Positions 53,025-53,745 of a stretch of DNA of 53,745 bases are shown here, in pieces; position 1 is the first letter of the stretch, and every line of letters begins with the position of its first letter. The stretch spans positions 31,120,363-31,174,107 of the forward strand of contig JBOZIK010000001.1 in NCBI GenBank assembly GCA_051453625.1. The letters are read 5' to 3'. Below the pieces are notes generated by a model. The model was given only the letters and a program-made list of their open reading frames with translations, was not told where the DNA came from and did not search any database. This DNA comes from Welwitschia mirabilis (Eukaryota). The translations under genes and the position numbers were made by a program.

Positions 53025-53745
53025 TTAATAAGAATCCTACAAATTGATCCCATGATTAAAGGATGGTCTTGTATACTGTGGGCATTCTAAAGAATAACCT
53101 ACCTTAGAAACCCTAATTAGAAACCCTAATTTAGGCTTATAAATATCCTACTTTACTTTACTTGATGATAACATTAGGCATATTATACAAGATAAATTAA
53201 AGCTTTAATCATGTGTTCTTTCTAAGACTTCCATAGGAATGGGCTAGCTATCAAGCTAGCACAATGCTTCTTGGTTTAGCATGAGTGCTTTTATGGATTG
53301 TATACTTTTACATATCATTGGTGCATTACTTTGATATCAAGTTGTAATTGTTTCATACTTATTAAGCTTAGGATTGATTGCGGTGTGATTTTACTTTAAG
53401 CTCTTTTGGTGATTCTTCTTTTCATTCTAGCTTGCATAAGCTAAATGGTTATTTGATGGATCTTGAGAGACCCATACTTTTTGTACTTATTTTATTCTTA
53501 TCGTAAAAGTTGGATGACTTAGAAACATTACCCTCATATCTATGGTGGATGAGATTGTGCCACTATGCTTAAGCTAGAACTACATAGGTCTCATGCTTAT
53601 GATGGATGATATTATGCCATTATGCTTAAGTTAGAGTAAAAGCTACATGAATTTACTTTAATGCTTATGCTTGTTGATGAATTTATTATGCTAGTTTGAG
53701 CGCTATGTTTCATTCCTAGTTATCTTATACAGTTTTAATATCTTA
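53025..53745 (+). mobile_element. Probable start of a further LTR (runs off the window)
   Basis: Compositional shift, tandem AAACCCTAA boxes followed by TATAAAT (53138), and short internal repeats. No partner LTR is visible. Confidence 0.35.

Overview
Very AT-rich, CpG-depleted plant nuclear DNA with no intact host gene, RNA gene or CRISPR array. It is a nest of ancient, stop-riddled LTR retrotransposons whose boundaries can be set by LTR termini, primer-binding sites and 5-bp target-site duplications (TSDs). (1) Ty1/copia element Copia-1 (+; window start to 27444; tRNA-Met PBS; ~2.4-kb LTR). (2) A ~19.4-kb Athila-like Ty3/gypsy element, Gypsy-1 (+; 7212-26638; TSD ATTAC; tRNA-Asp PBS), which splits the Copia-1 3' LTR and carries gag-pol, an env-like ORF and three internal duplications at assembly gaps. 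(3) An unexplained AT-rich sequence (~27450-30972, resuming at 50243). (4) Copia-2 (-; 30973-50237; TSD GATAT; 173-bp LTRs; ~3-kb leader), which interrupts that sequence; its 3' end and flank were tandemly duplicated (~3.8 kb). (5) A related, pol-deleted Athila-like element, Gypsy-2 (+; 38045-45664; TSD GCATG), which splits the Copia-2 integrase. The most interesting signals are conserved retrovirus-like splice sites in the gypsy leaders and before the env-like ORF, an in-frame hydrophobic tail after integrase, a 60-bp/20-aa repeat in the long copia leader, and the unidentified target sequence. All alignments and translations were done by eye. Nothing was searched against a database.
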